A DNA stretch of 39,024 bases from NCBI GenBank assembly GCA_965555375.1, contig CBEWDL010000003.1, forward strand, positions 1-39,024, given 5' to 3'. Below, one piece after another: positions 1-8,445 of this stretch (positions within the stretch are counted from its first letter, which is position 1; each line of letters starts with the position of its first letter). The notes below the pieces were generated by a model. It made no database searches, was not told the DNA's origin, and saw only the letters and a program-made list of their open reading frames with translations. Made by a program: the position numbers and the translations under genes. The stretch comes from an uncultured bacterium. GTDB lineage: Bacteria > Zixibacteria > MSB-5A5 > UBA10806.

Positions 1-234
1 AGCCAGGTTTTCCTGCAGCCAGTGATCATAAAACACGCCGCCGAAGAAACCGCTGGCTTCTGTAGACGTGGTTACCCCGCCGATACCGACTTCGGTTCTG
101 TTGTCTGTTACCTGGTTCCACATGCCGAGCCGTAATCCAAATCCGTGTCGCTTCTCCAGGGGACCCGCGCTGGAAACGAGCAGGAGGGTGAGAATAATAA
201 AGGTTGTTATCGAGATTAATCTTGGGAAATTCAT
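1..234 (-). CDS. Outer-membrane beta-barrel protein, N-terminal part (runs off window start)
   Basis: Not in the ORF track; translated by hand: MNFPRLISITTFIILTLLLVSSAGPLEKRHGFGLRLGMW...GFFGGVFYDHWLQENLA. Signal peptide, alternating beta-strand pattern, GGAG RBS upstream of the ATG at 234. Confidence 0.7.
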   Translation of the reverse strand, partial: MNFPRLISITTFIILTLLLVSSAGPLEKRHGFGLRLGMWNQVTDNRTEVGIGGVTTSTEASGFFGGVFYDHWLQENLA

Positions 235-454
235 TTTGACGCTCCGTTGTTGAATTGGTTGAGGAAATACATGTCTTAGCTACTGCAATTGTGACTCGAA
301 AGTTGCCATATATTTATGGTATAGGCAATAATTCGTGAGGGAAAAGTTGCGTGGCGTTTTTACAGATTTTAAATAGAGCTTAAGAAGGCGCCAAGTGCCG
401 AGACCTGATGCCACGGAATGACTCGCAAGGAAAGATCTGGAGTTACTAATATTA

Positions 455-1576
455 TTATTCGGCCTTAAAAATCTGCGGAGAGACATTACAGTTGACTGAA
501 ATTGAATATTCCTCACCTCTTCTATTCCAGTGAATATCACTATCCAGAACATAGGAATAGTCAAATCGTAGCCACTCCGGCCCGATACCGAATCCGATAG
601 TATTGAATCGCTGATGGCCCTCGCGATCTAACAGCCTTCCAAGCCTGAAATTAAACAGATAATAAAGTGTGGATTCCAGACCGTACGACCAGATGATTTC
701 GTTCCATTCCTCTTTAAAAGGATCATTCATATCAATTAGTAGTTTAGTGGCGTCAACAGTTAATCGTAATCCTACCGGCTCTGAATCAATCGCCTGATAT
801 CCTATGCCAAGACGAAGTCTTTTAGGAAGGGGATCAGATTGATCTGCGTCAACATAAGCTAAATCCTTCCCCAGATTGGCAACCGAAACGCCGAATACTA
901 ATCCCTTATTCCTTTCTACTCGAAAAAGCCTCCGGAGACCAGGATAATATATCTTATCATTTCGCCAGGTTGCTGCAGGAAAATTGTTTCGAGACAACAA
1001 ACCGAAGTCAAAGGCAATGGTTGAGGCATTACTTTTACTTTTGGATCCTGCCCCGATTTCGGCTAAATGCCTTTTTATATATTTAAATCCGGCTCCGAAT
1101 GAATTATCTGCGTCGAAAGAAAAGGCGGCCCAGAAACCCAAAGCATAATCATAAGAACTGGCCGTACCCAACGAATTTCCAGCTTCGTCTGTTAGTTCCT
1201 GCTCCCCATAGCTAAACCGAGAATACCCCATTCCAAAATAAGCCAAATCACTAAATTTAGAAGAAAGGTAAATGTTGTTTATAGATAAATCGTCGGCCAG
1301 TTTTGGCAAATACTGACAATAATTATATTCTCCTGAAAACTCCTCGCTACTTACAAGAAGTGCTGGATTATAGTAAGCAGAAACAGCCCCGTTTGAAAAT
1401 ACACTTCCACCATCGCCCATACTTTTACCGCGGGTGTCCGGCGTTATCAATAAAAATTGTGCCGAAGTCTGTGATACCTGGCATTGTCCGAATACGGGCA
1501 ATAATGCAATTGATACAAAAGCAATCATACTAACTCGCATATATTTATTTTGGTGGCAACAAAAGAACACTCTCAT
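455..1576 (-). CDS. porV: PorV/PorQ-family (FadL-like) outer-membrane beta-barrel protein
   Basis: Hallmarks FLLITPDTRGKSMGD, AYYNPA, NLG...DPLPKRLRLG, RFDYSY; signal peptide. The true start may be a downstream Met. Confidence 0.8.
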   Translation of the reverse strand: MRVFFCCHQNKYMRVSMIAFVSIALLPVFGQCQVSQTSAQFLLITPDTRGKSMGDGGSVFSNGAVSAYYNPALLVSSEEFSGEYNYCQYLPKLADDLSINNIYLSSKFSDLAYFGMGYSRFSYGEQELTDEAGNSLGTASSYDYALGFWAAFSFDADNSFGAGFKYIKRHLAEIGAGSKSKSNASTIAFDFGLLSRNNFPAATWRNDKIYYPGLRRLFRVERNKGLVFGVSVANLGKDLAYVDADQSDPLPKRLRLGIGYQAIDSEPVGLRLTVDATKLLIDMNDPFKEEWNEIIWSYGLESTLYYLFNFRLGRLLDREGHQRFNTIGFGIGPEWLRFDYSYVLDSDIHWNRRGEEYSISVNCNVSPQIFKAE

Positions 1577-1627
1577 GGCTTTATCTCCCTGGCTAAAGAC
1601 AATATTTCACCATTTAATTTCAAATCT

Positions 1628-1656
1628 AATCTAAAGCATATCTTATTTCCGAGCAA
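1628..1656 (-). promoter_or_regulatory. Putative sigma70 promoter for porV
   Basis: Minus strand TTGCTC-N17-TAGATT, about 50 nt upstream of the start. Confidence 0.4.
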
Positions 1657-1700
1657 GCGATTTTTTTAAGGCAGGACGACGTTTGAATTCACAGGTTAAA

Positions 1701-1726
1701 GGTGTCGGGTAGGGTGACCCGACACC
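1701..1726. repeat. Perfect 10-bp hairpin (REP-like, or terminator of the HEPN ORF)
   Basis: GGTGTCGGGT-agggtg-ACCCGACACC just downstream of the 1741 stop; followed by TTT on the minus strand. Confidence 0.55.
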
Positions 1727-1740
1727 ACGGTAAGTATAGA

Positions 1741-2604
1741 TCAACAGTCTTCGCGCTGCCCCTCACCCTCCTTGGAGTTACTTGCTGGCCGGTCACTAAT
1801 ATTGTCCATCCCAGGGCAGTTGCATCCCTCTAATCCTTGGGAAATGAGCACATTACTCAGGACTCTCTGAATATAGCAATGCGCAGCCTCACAGTACCAT
1901 ATTGCAAGCTTGTGATCAACCTTTATGTTACTCTCTGGTTTCCATTGAACCCATGGGCACTCATGCAAGAGTTGTCGATCTGCCCTACTACCGCAGTGAA
2001 CTATTGCATTTCTAATTTGGCATAATTCGTGGATTGCACGGCGAACATTATTTCCAACTTTTGGAGATAACGCGAATATGTGGAGCGGAGGATCAAGCTT
2101 TCCTAGACCCCTCTTAAAGTCCAAGGACATAGACCGCGATACTTCTAATATTACAAGCCGCGCTCGGTCTTTTGGTGATAGCCCTTCAAATTTGCCTATG
2201 GGCACTTTAACTTTACTGAGTTGGGGAAGCTTCCAGGCCTCTGGATTATTGACTAGCCAACACACTGCCATATCTTCTGAGAACGCCTCCAGAATTCCCC
2301 AAATCGAAACAACAAAATGCGAATGGAGTATAGGAAACCCATTGCGGATCTCGTTTTCTACCCATTCAGCGTCTTCCTTTGCTCTATTATATTCGGCATC
2401 CCAATCCGTATCTCTTGTAGCTGGCAAATCCAGATCCCTGAAATAGGCTGCAATTTCTGGCCTCTTTGTTATCTGACCAAGACCACTCATACTTAGGTGT
2501 AGGAATTTGTTCTCATCCAACAGAGAGTATAGTGAGTGTTGGAAGGGGGGCCATGCCCATTTCGGCAGATTAATGACCTTTATATGCTCCTTATGGTCGC
2601 TCAT
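1741..2604 (-). CDS. Hypothetical protein with HEPN-like RNase motif
   Basis: 287 aa, predicted helical. Upstream SIWGILEAF glutamate motif and an Rx4H motif (IRNAIVHC). Confidence 0.6.
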   Translation of the reverse strand: MSDHKEHIKVINLPKWAWPPFQHSLYSLLDENKFLHLSMSGLGQITKRPEIAAYFRDLDLPATRDTDWDAEYNRAKEDAEWVENEIRNGFPILHSHFVVSIWGILEAFSEDMAVCWLVNNPEAWKLPQLSKVKVPIGKFEGLSPKDRARLVILEVSRSMSLDFKRGLGKLDPPLHIFALSPKVGNNVRRAIHELCQIRNAIVHCGSRADRQLLHECPWVQWKPESNIKVDHKLAIWYCEAAHCYIQRVLSNVLISQGLEGCNCPGMDNISDRPASNSKEGEGQREDC

Positions 2605-2806
2605 ACCTTAATTACGCCACCCTTTTGCCGCCAATATCCTGCTCTAGAATACCAACGGCCGTAAACATTTGAAGCGCTACTGTCGCTTGATATGAAATGC
2701 GGCTGCGTACCCTCAGCATAGAATTATCCATAATGAACATGTCCCCTGAATCGTGTTAGCCTTAAAGCGTTTGATCGGCTCGGGCTATCCAGTCTCGTTT
2801 ATACAT

Positions 2807-4009
2807 TCACCCAATCACACCGTGTTTCTTGCCGATTTTGATGAAGGCCTCGATGGCTTTGTCGATGTGGCTCATTTCGTGGGCGGCGGAAAGCTGAACG
2901 CGGATGCGGGCCTGCCCCTTCGGGACCACCGGATAGGAGAACCCGATCACATAAATCCCCTCGGCCAGCATATCTTTTGCGAAATCCTGGGCCAGCTTGG
3001 CGTCGTTGGGGAACTTGCCGAACATGATCGGCACGATAGGATGATCGCCCGGCTTGATATCGAAGCCGGCATCGGTCATCTGCTTGCGAAAATAGCGCTG
3101 GTTTTTCTCAAGTTTATCGCGGAGCTCGGTGGTGGCCATGAGGATATCGAACATCTCCAGAGTCGCCCCCGCGACCGCCGGCGCCAGCGTGTTGGAAAAC
3201 AGGTAGGGACGCGATTTCTGGCGAAGCCATTCGATCATCTCGCTGTGCCCCGCCGTGCAGCCGCCGCCGGCGCCCCCCAAAGCCTTGCCGAACGTGGTGG
3301 TGATAATATCGACCCGGCCCATGACGCCGTTATACTCATGCGTGCCGCGGCCGGTCTTGCCCATGAAGCCGGTGGCGTGGGAATCATCCACCAGGACTAA
3401 AGCGTCGTATTTTTCGGCCAGATCGCAGATGTCTTTTAAGTTGGCGATATTGCCGTCCATGGAGAAGACGCCGTCAGTGCAGACGATTCGATACTTGAGG
3501 TCTTTGGCTTTCTTCAGACAATCCTCAAGATCGTTCATATCGTTGTTGGCATAACGGAACCTCTGGGCTTTGCAGAGCCGGACGCCGTCGATGATGGAGG
3601 CGTGGTTGAGGGCGTCGGAGATGATGGCGGATTCGTCGGTGAAGAACGGCTCGAACACCCCGCCGTTGGCATCGAAGCAGGCGGCATAGAGGATTGCATC
3701 TTCCGTGCCAAGAAACTCCGAAACCTTGGCCTCGAGCTGTTTGTGTAGATCCTGGGTGCCGCAGATGAAACGCACCGATGAGAGGCCGTATCCCCATTTA
3801 TCGAGGGTCTTATGGGCGGCCTCGATAAGCTTGGGGTGGGATGAGAGCCCGAGGTAGTTATTGGCGCAGAAATTGAGCACAGTCTCGCCGGTCTTGACCT
3901 TGATCTCCGCCCCCTGGGGGGTCATGATCACTCGCTCTTCTTTGTAAAGCCCGGCGTCTCGGGTTTCCTGTAGCTCCCGGGCGAGGTCTTCTTTGATCTT
4001 GCCGTACAT
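2807..4009 (-). CDS. kbl: Glycine C-acetyltransferase (2-amino-3-ketobutyrate CoA ligase)
   Basis: [47 protein letters not shown] (PLP Lys), [11 protein letters not shown]. Confidence 0.96.
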   Translation of the reverse strand: MYGKIKEDLARELQETRDAGLYKEERVIMTPQGAEIKVKTGETVLNFCANNYLGLSSHPKLIEAAHKTLDKWGYGLSSVRFICGTQDLHKQLEAKVSEFLGTEDAILYAACFDANGGVFEPFFTDESAIISDALNHASIIDGVRLCKAQRFRYANNDMNDLEDCLKKAKDLKYRIVCTDGVFSMDGNIANLKDICDLAEKYDALVLVDDSHATGFMGKTGRGTHEYNGVMGRVDIITTTFGKALGGAGGGCTAGHSEMIEWLRQKSRPYLFSNTLAPAVAGATLEMFDILMATTELRDKLEKNQRYFRKQMTDAGFDIKPGDHPIVPIMFGKFPNDAKLAQDFAKDMLAEGIYVIGFSYPVVPKGQARIRVQLSAAHEMSHIDKAIEAFIKIGKKHGVIG

Positions 4010-4066
4010 TATCGTTCTCCTATTTTCAGCGGTTCACCACATCATTTATTCGTTTTCAGGGTTACC

Positions 4067-4095
4067 AATCTAATTAATGGGCTGATTGTTGGCAA
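4067..4095 (-). promoter_or_regulatory. Putative sigma70 promoter for kbl
   Basis: Minus strand TTGCCA-N17-TAGATT. Confidence 0.5.
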
Positions 4096-4121
4096 CGGGT
4101 TTTTGGGGAATATATTTGTCT

Positions 4122-4229
4122 TGTCATTCCTGCGAAAGTCCCACGGGCATACGGCCCGCAGGGATGTGTAAGACAGGAATCTATAGGGGTGGCGGGCGCT
4201 CTGGATTCCCGATCAGGTCGGGAATGACA
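4122..4229. repeat. dRS3/RPE-like palindromic element (TGTCATTCC...GGAATGACA)
   Basis: 9-bp terminal inverted repeats. The right arm GGATTCCCGA-TCAGG-TCGGGAATGACA is intact; the left arm ATTCCTGCGAAAG/CAGGAATC is interrupted. Confidence 0.7.
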
Positions 4230-4251
4230 TGCGGCATTATGAATGCGTATC

Positions 4252-4329
4252 CTGTCAGGAAAGGGTTCCTGACAGCGCGAAAATCATCACTGCCGCGCGC
4301 ATGTAGGCAGAACAAGTTCTGTCGCGCGG
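4252..4329. repeat. Two further intergenic hairpins
   Basis: CTGTCAGGAA-aggg-TTCCTGACAG (4252-4275); CCGCGCG...GTAG-GCAGAAC-AA-GTTCTGT-CGCGCGG (4293-4329). Confidence 0.55.
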
Positions 4330-4340
4330 AGCGATACTTC

Positions 4341-4369
4341 TTGCCTAAAACCGCCCACGTAATTAAATT
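4341..4369 (+). promoter_or_regulatory. Putative sigma70 promoter for threonine dehydrogenase
   Basis: TTGCCT-N17-TAAATT. Confidence 0.5.
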
Positions 4370-4422
4370 GCCGGCAAGCTGATATAGCAATTCTGGAACG
4401 AACCTGAAAAGATAGAGAGAGC

Positions 4423-5406
4423 GTGATGAAAAAAGAGATGAAGAAGATACTGGTGACCGGCGCGGTGGGGCAGATCGGGTCGGAGCTGACCATGGAGCTG
4501 CGCAAACGTTACGGGGCCGAGAACGTGATCGCCACCGGGCGCAAGACGAAGCCGTCCGACGAGCTTCGAGATTCCGGGCCGTTCCATTTTATCAATGTCA
4601 ATGACATAAACAGCGTCGAGGAGATAGTCAAGAAATACGATATCGATACAGTCTACCATATGGCGGCCATACTTTCTGCTGTGGGGGAGAAGAACCCGCA
4701 GCTTTGCTGGGATGTCAACATGAACGGCACCATCAATATACTCGAATTAGGTCTGAAATACGAGATGGCCCGGATCATCATACCGAGCTCCATCGCCGTC
4801 TGGGGAGCGGGCGTGCCATTGGATAACACACCCCAGGAGACAGTGCTCAAACCGACCACCATGTACGGGGTCACCAAGGTCTGCGGCGAGCTTCTCTGTG
4901 ATTACTATGTCCAGCGTTTCGGACTGGATGTGCGGGGTCTACGTTACCCGGGTATCATATCCTATGAGACCCTTCCCGGCGGCGGGACGACCGATTACGC
5001 GGTGGCCATCTATTATGAAGCGGTTGATAAAGGCAAATATACCTGCTTCGTGCGAGAGGACACCAGGCTTCCGATGATGTATATGCCGGATTGTATCGAG
5101 GGGACGATTCAGTTGGCGGAGGCTGACTTCTCAAAGCTGAAACATCATTCCGATTTCAACCACGCCGCCATGAGCTTCTCCGCTGGCGAGCTGGCGGCGG
5201 AGATCAAGAAGCATATCCCCGAATTCCAGGTCACCTACGAGCCGGATTTCCGTCAGAAGATAGCCGATTCTTGGCCGAACTCCATCGACGATTCCGTCGC
5301 CCGTGAGGAATGGGGTTGGAAGCCGCAATGGGACCTGGCGGCCATGACCGAGGATATGCTCAAGCATCTTAAAGAGCGGAAAGCCAAGGGGACGCTGTAT
5401 AGGTAA
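4423..5406 (+). CDS. tdh: L-threonine 3-dehydrogenase (extended SDR / NAD-dependent epimerase type)
   Basis: TGAVGQIGSEL, HMAAILSA, PSSIAV, MYGVTK (YxxxK), PGGGTTDYAV, IADSWP; divergent from kbl. The start may be 4426 or 4438. Confidence 0.88.
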   Translation: MMKKEMKKILVTGAVGQIGSELTMELRKRYGAENVIATGRKTKPSDELRDSGPFHFINVNDINSVEEIVKKYDIDTVYHMAAILSAVGEKNPQLCWDVNMNGTINILELGLKYEMARIIIPSSIAVWGAGVPLDNTPQETVLKPTTMYGVTKVCGELLCDYYVQRFGLDVRGLRYPGIISYETLPGGGTTDYAVAIYYEAVDKGKYTCFVREDTRLPMMYMPDCIEGTIQLAEADFSKLKHHSDFNHAAMSFSAGELAAEIKKHIPEFQVTYEPDFRQKIADSWPNSIDDSVAREEWGWKPQWDLAAMTEDMLKHLKERKAKGTLYR

Positions 5407-5422
5407 TCGAAAGTCGTCAGAG

Positions 5423-5597
5423 GTAGGTCGGCAGCCCTACAGGTCCGTTGGACTTACTGCCGACACGGTGTGGGGAGCAAGCTCCCCACCTACAATTATT
5501 AAGAAAAAGAATTCCTCGTAGGGGCGAATTGATATTCGCCCTTCTTTGTTCCGATGAAACCCGACATTCAGGGGACAGATCGATGATCTGTCCCTAC
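5423..5597. repeat. Cluster of four GTAG-type REP palindromes in two inward-facing pairs
   Basis: GTAG-GTCGGCAG..CTGCCGAC; GTGGGGAGC-AA-GCTCCCCAC-CTAC; GTAG-GGGCGAAT-TGAT-ATTCGCCC; GGACAGATC-GAT-GATCTGTCC-CTAC. Confidence 0.75.
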
Positions 5598-5682
5598 AAA
5601 TAACGGCGAATTCCATATGTGTGGTTGGGAAACCTTTCCCGGCTATTCTATTATGATCATTTTAGCATCTACCTGATTTCGG

Positions 5683-5710
5683 TTGACATTAAGCGGATAG
5701 CGTCTATGTT
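5683..5710 (+). promoter_or_regulatory. Putative sigma70 promoter
   Basis: TTGACA-N16-TATGTT upstream of 5729. Confidence 0.5.
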
Positions 5711-5728
5711 TATTCCCGGAGAAAACTT

Positions 5729-6916
5729 ATGTTACCGCTTCTGTTGCTCTTTCTTTTAATAATTGTTCTGATCAGGTTCAAAGTCCCCATAGGCATTTCT
5801 CTTTTTTCCGGCGCTCTGTTTCTCGGAGTATGGAACTACGGATTGGGATACGATTTCTGGATGCTGCTCTATCAATCTTTCATCAATATCCAGAGCTGGA
5901 GGCTGGTGATAACAGTGGCCCTGATTCTGACATTTGCCAACCTGTTTGAATCGGCGGGCTTTGTTAAATCGATGGTGTTGTCGCTGGAATCGTTTCTATC
6001 GCCTCGGTGGGTCGGTCGGGCTGCTCCGGCCATAATAGGGCTTCTGCCGATGCCGGGAGGCGCCATGGTTTCGGCGCCCATTGTCAAGCAGATAGGGAGG
6101 AATACGGATACCAGGCCGGAGGTTTTCACGGCGGCGAACTACTGGTGGCGTCATGTCTGGGAGGCAACCTGGCCTCTTTACGCGAGCATAATACTTGGGG
6201 CGGCCGTATTGAAGATTTCGGTCTGGGATGTGGCCATAGTTAACTTCCCTATCAGTATAACCTGTATAGCTACCGGTCTTTTGCTGGGTAAAATCGGCGA
6301 CTCTCAAAGATCAGGGGCCAGGCTCGATTTGCTGCTTCTTCTGAAATCGCTCTGGCCTATACTGTTTATAGTCTTATTAGGCCTGGTTTTAAAGGTCGAT
6401 CTGATTTTCTCAGTCGTATTCGTAATTCTGGTCCTTGTTTTTTCATATCATATCCGCTTGCCGGCCATAAAGAGGGCTTTGTTGAAAGGCTTTTCTCCAA
6501 ATATCATCGTTCTCATATTCGGGGTTATGACCTTAATGTATACCATGGAGACAACCGGCACCGCCGGGCTTTTTTGCGAGGAACTTCTGCTGATGAATAT
6601 CGCACCGGCCTTTGTCGTTTTTGCGGTGCCTTTTGTTGTCGGAGTTCTTACCGGCGTAACATCGGCCTATGTTGGAGTGGGTTTTCCGGTCGTTCTGCCG
6701 CTTATGGGGACTGAATCATTGTCTTTTAAGGCCGGGATGTTTTTAGCATTTGCCGGTGGATTCATGGGGATCATGGCCTCGCCCGTTCATCTCTGTCTGG
6801 TGCTGACAAAGGAATACTTTGGGGCCTCATTAGCAAGAACCATGGCCATTTTAGCCCTGCCGATCATCTTAACCTCGTGTATATCATGGGCTTTGGCTGG
6901 TATTCTGTATAGCTGA
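5729..6916 (+). CDS. DUF401-family multi-pass membrane protein (putative transporter)
   Basis: Many hydrophobic segments; IGLLPMPGGAMVSAP, NYWWRHVWE, SPVHLCLVLTKEYF motifs. Confidence 0.8.
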   Translation: MLPLLLLFLLIIVLIRFKVPIGISLFSGALFLGVWNYGLGYDFWMLLYQSFINIQSWRLVITVALILTFANLFESAGFVKSMVLSLESFLSPRWVGRAAPAIIGLLPMPGGAMVSAPIVKQIGRNTDTRPEVFTAANYWWRHVWEATWPLYASIILGAAVLKISVWDVAIVNFPISITCIATGLLLGKIGDSQRSGARLDLLLLLKSLWPILFIVLLGLVLKVDLIFSVVFVILVLVFSYHIRLPAIKRALLKGFSPNIIVLIFGVMTLMYTMETTGTAGLFCEELLLMNIAPAFVVFAVPFVVGVLTGVTSAYVGVGFPVVLPLMGTESLSFKAGMFLAFAGGFMGIMASPVHLCLVLTKEYFGASLARTMAILALPIILTSCISWALAGILYS

Positions 6917-6973
6917 TATATTTTCTAAGGGCAGGCCTGAGATTTCCGATACTTAGTAAGCAAAGGGGAAATT

Positions 6974-7171
6974 ATGGGAGATCTGACTGGCATCATAATC
7001 GGGATATCTGTTGTGGTTCTGACATGGGCGGTGGCGAAGCTCAACGAAAAAGTTGATAGGCATATCAAGCGTTTCAAGCGCTTCGAGGAGGCGTTGAAAA
7101 AGAGTGCCTCCGGGCGAGTGGGTAGACCGTCCACCAATTATAAGGAACAGCCCCAAGACGTTTACCATTAA
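6974..7171 (+). CDS. Small single-pass membrane protein, hypothetical
   Basis: 65 aa; N-terminal TM helix and basic tail; AAGGGG RBS; same strand as neighbours. Confidence 0.5.
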   Translation: MGDLTGIIIGISVVVLTWAVAKLNEKVDRHIKRFKRFEEALKKSASGRVGRPSTNYKEQPQDVYH

Positions 7172-7213
7172 TAAGATAAACATATCTTTTATCATTCTTT
7201 CTCGAAATTGTTG

Positions 7214-7242
7214 GGAACTCCCCACTGCCAATAATGTATAAT
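7214..7242 (+). promoter_or_regulatory. Putative ECF-type autoregulatory promoter overlapping a TATAAT box
   Basis: GGAACT-N16-GTATA; TATAAT at 7237-7242; directly upstream of the ECF sigma gene. Confidence 0.45.
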
Positions 7243-7267
7243 GATGTAAAAGAAATTGCGGAGGTTT

Positions 7268-7891
7268 ATGGAAGCCAATTCTGGAAAAACAAAAAAGCCG
7301 GCAATCACGGATAAGGAGCTAATGGAGCTGATCCAGGCTGGTGATGACAAGGCCTTTGGGGTTCTGGTGGAGCGATTTCAGGATCGCCTATTAAACTTTG
7401 TGGGACGGATCGTCATAGATCGCGAAACCGCCGAGGAATTGGTTCAGGAAACCTTTCTGAGGATTTTCAATCAGAAAAACAGTTACACTCCCGAATATGC
7501 CGTCTCGACCTGGATATATACTATCGCACTCAATCTGGCACGATCCGAACTTCGCAAAAGGAAATTGAGGCGCTTTTTGAGTCTCGATTTCATCAAAGAG
7601 GAAGCTGATGTCGAATTGGCTGATAAGGTCAATCTCAAAGCTATGAGTCTGGCGCCGATTATTCAGCGAGCAATAGAAAAACTCCCTGATGATTACAAAA
7701 CAGCATTCATACTCTGCGATATTCAAAGGCTCCCTTATCAGCAGATAGCCGAAGTTATGAGGGTTCCGGTGGGGACGGTCAAATCGAGAATAAATCGAGC
7801 GAGATCGATGTTGAGAGATAAGCTTAAGCCATATAAGGAGATATATTATGAATTGTCGAGGGGTATCCCGCAGACTATCAGCTTATATTGA
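7268..7891 (+). CDS. ECF RNA polymerase sigma factor (RpoE/SigW-like)
   Basis: AEELVQETFLR, STWIYTIALN, region 4 YQQIAEVMRVPVGTVKSRINRAR; GGAGG RBS before the ATG at 7268. Confidence 0.93.
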   Translation: MEANSGKTKKPAITDKELMELIQAGDDKAFGVLVERFQDRLLNFVGRIVIDRETAEELVQETFLRIFNQKNSYTPEYAVSTWIYTIALNLARSELRKRKLRRFLSLDFIKEEADVELADKVNLKAMSLAPIIQRAIEKLPDDYKTAFILCDIQRLPYQQIAEVMRVPVGTVKSRINRARSMLRDKLKPYKEIYYELSRGIPQTISLY

Positions 7892-8435
7892 CAACGACCT
7901 TTCTCCTGGCATAAGGCAATCGGTGGAGGAGCACCTGCAATCCTGTAGATCCTGCAGGCGGAAACTCGCCGAACTGAAGGCTATCGTCATAGCCGCTCGC
8001 AATATGCCGCCGCTGAAGGTTTCCGGCGGTTTTAAGGAGCGGGTTTTGGCCGCGGTCCATGAGGGGCAGAAATCGTCATTGAGGTCGGGAGCCGTTCGTT
8101 TAAGGCTTGCGCTGGCCGGGGCGGCGTTCGTAACGGCGGCGGCGTTGGTATTTTTCCTCGTGGGCCCGCAATCTTCATCGGTAATAACATCGGGCTCCGG
8201 TGAGAAGATTCAGATTACGACAGATTCTCAGGAACAGACTGATGCACCGGCGGCCCTTGATTTCACCGACGATCCCCGGATAAAGATAGAGTCTTTCCCG
8301 GTGCCGGAGGGGGCTGCGGGCGTGGATTTGACACACGATGACAGTTTACTGCTCGCCGATTCCGCCTCGAGAATTGATGAGTTCATACTTCCTGTGATTG
8401 AAAAATCGCGGGAAAACGTCGATGTGAAATTTTAG
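7848..8435 (+). CDS. Zinc-binding (zf-HC2/ZAS) transmembrane anti-sigma factor
   Basis: MNC...LSAYID...EEHLQSCRSC (Hx3Cx2C), one TM helix; overlaps the sigma gene by 44 nt. Confidence 0.88.
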   Translation: MNCRGVSRRLSAYIDNDLSPGIRQSVEEHLQSCRSCRRKLAELKAIVIAARNMPPLKVSGGFKERVLAAVHEGQKSSLRSGAVRLRLALAGAAFVTAAALVFFLVGPQSSSVITSGSGEKIQITTDSQEQTDAPAALDFTDDPRIKIESFPVPEGAAGVDLTHDDSLLLADSASRIDEFILPVIEKSRENVDVKF

Positions 8436-8445
8436 AAGGGCCTGG

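Noticed and set aside
2753-3400. 215-aa plus-strand ORF
   Set aside because: Antisense shadow of the well-supported kbl; no motifs.
5423-5597. CRISPR array
   Set aside because: The palindromes are not identical direct repeats with regular spacers, and no cas genes are present.
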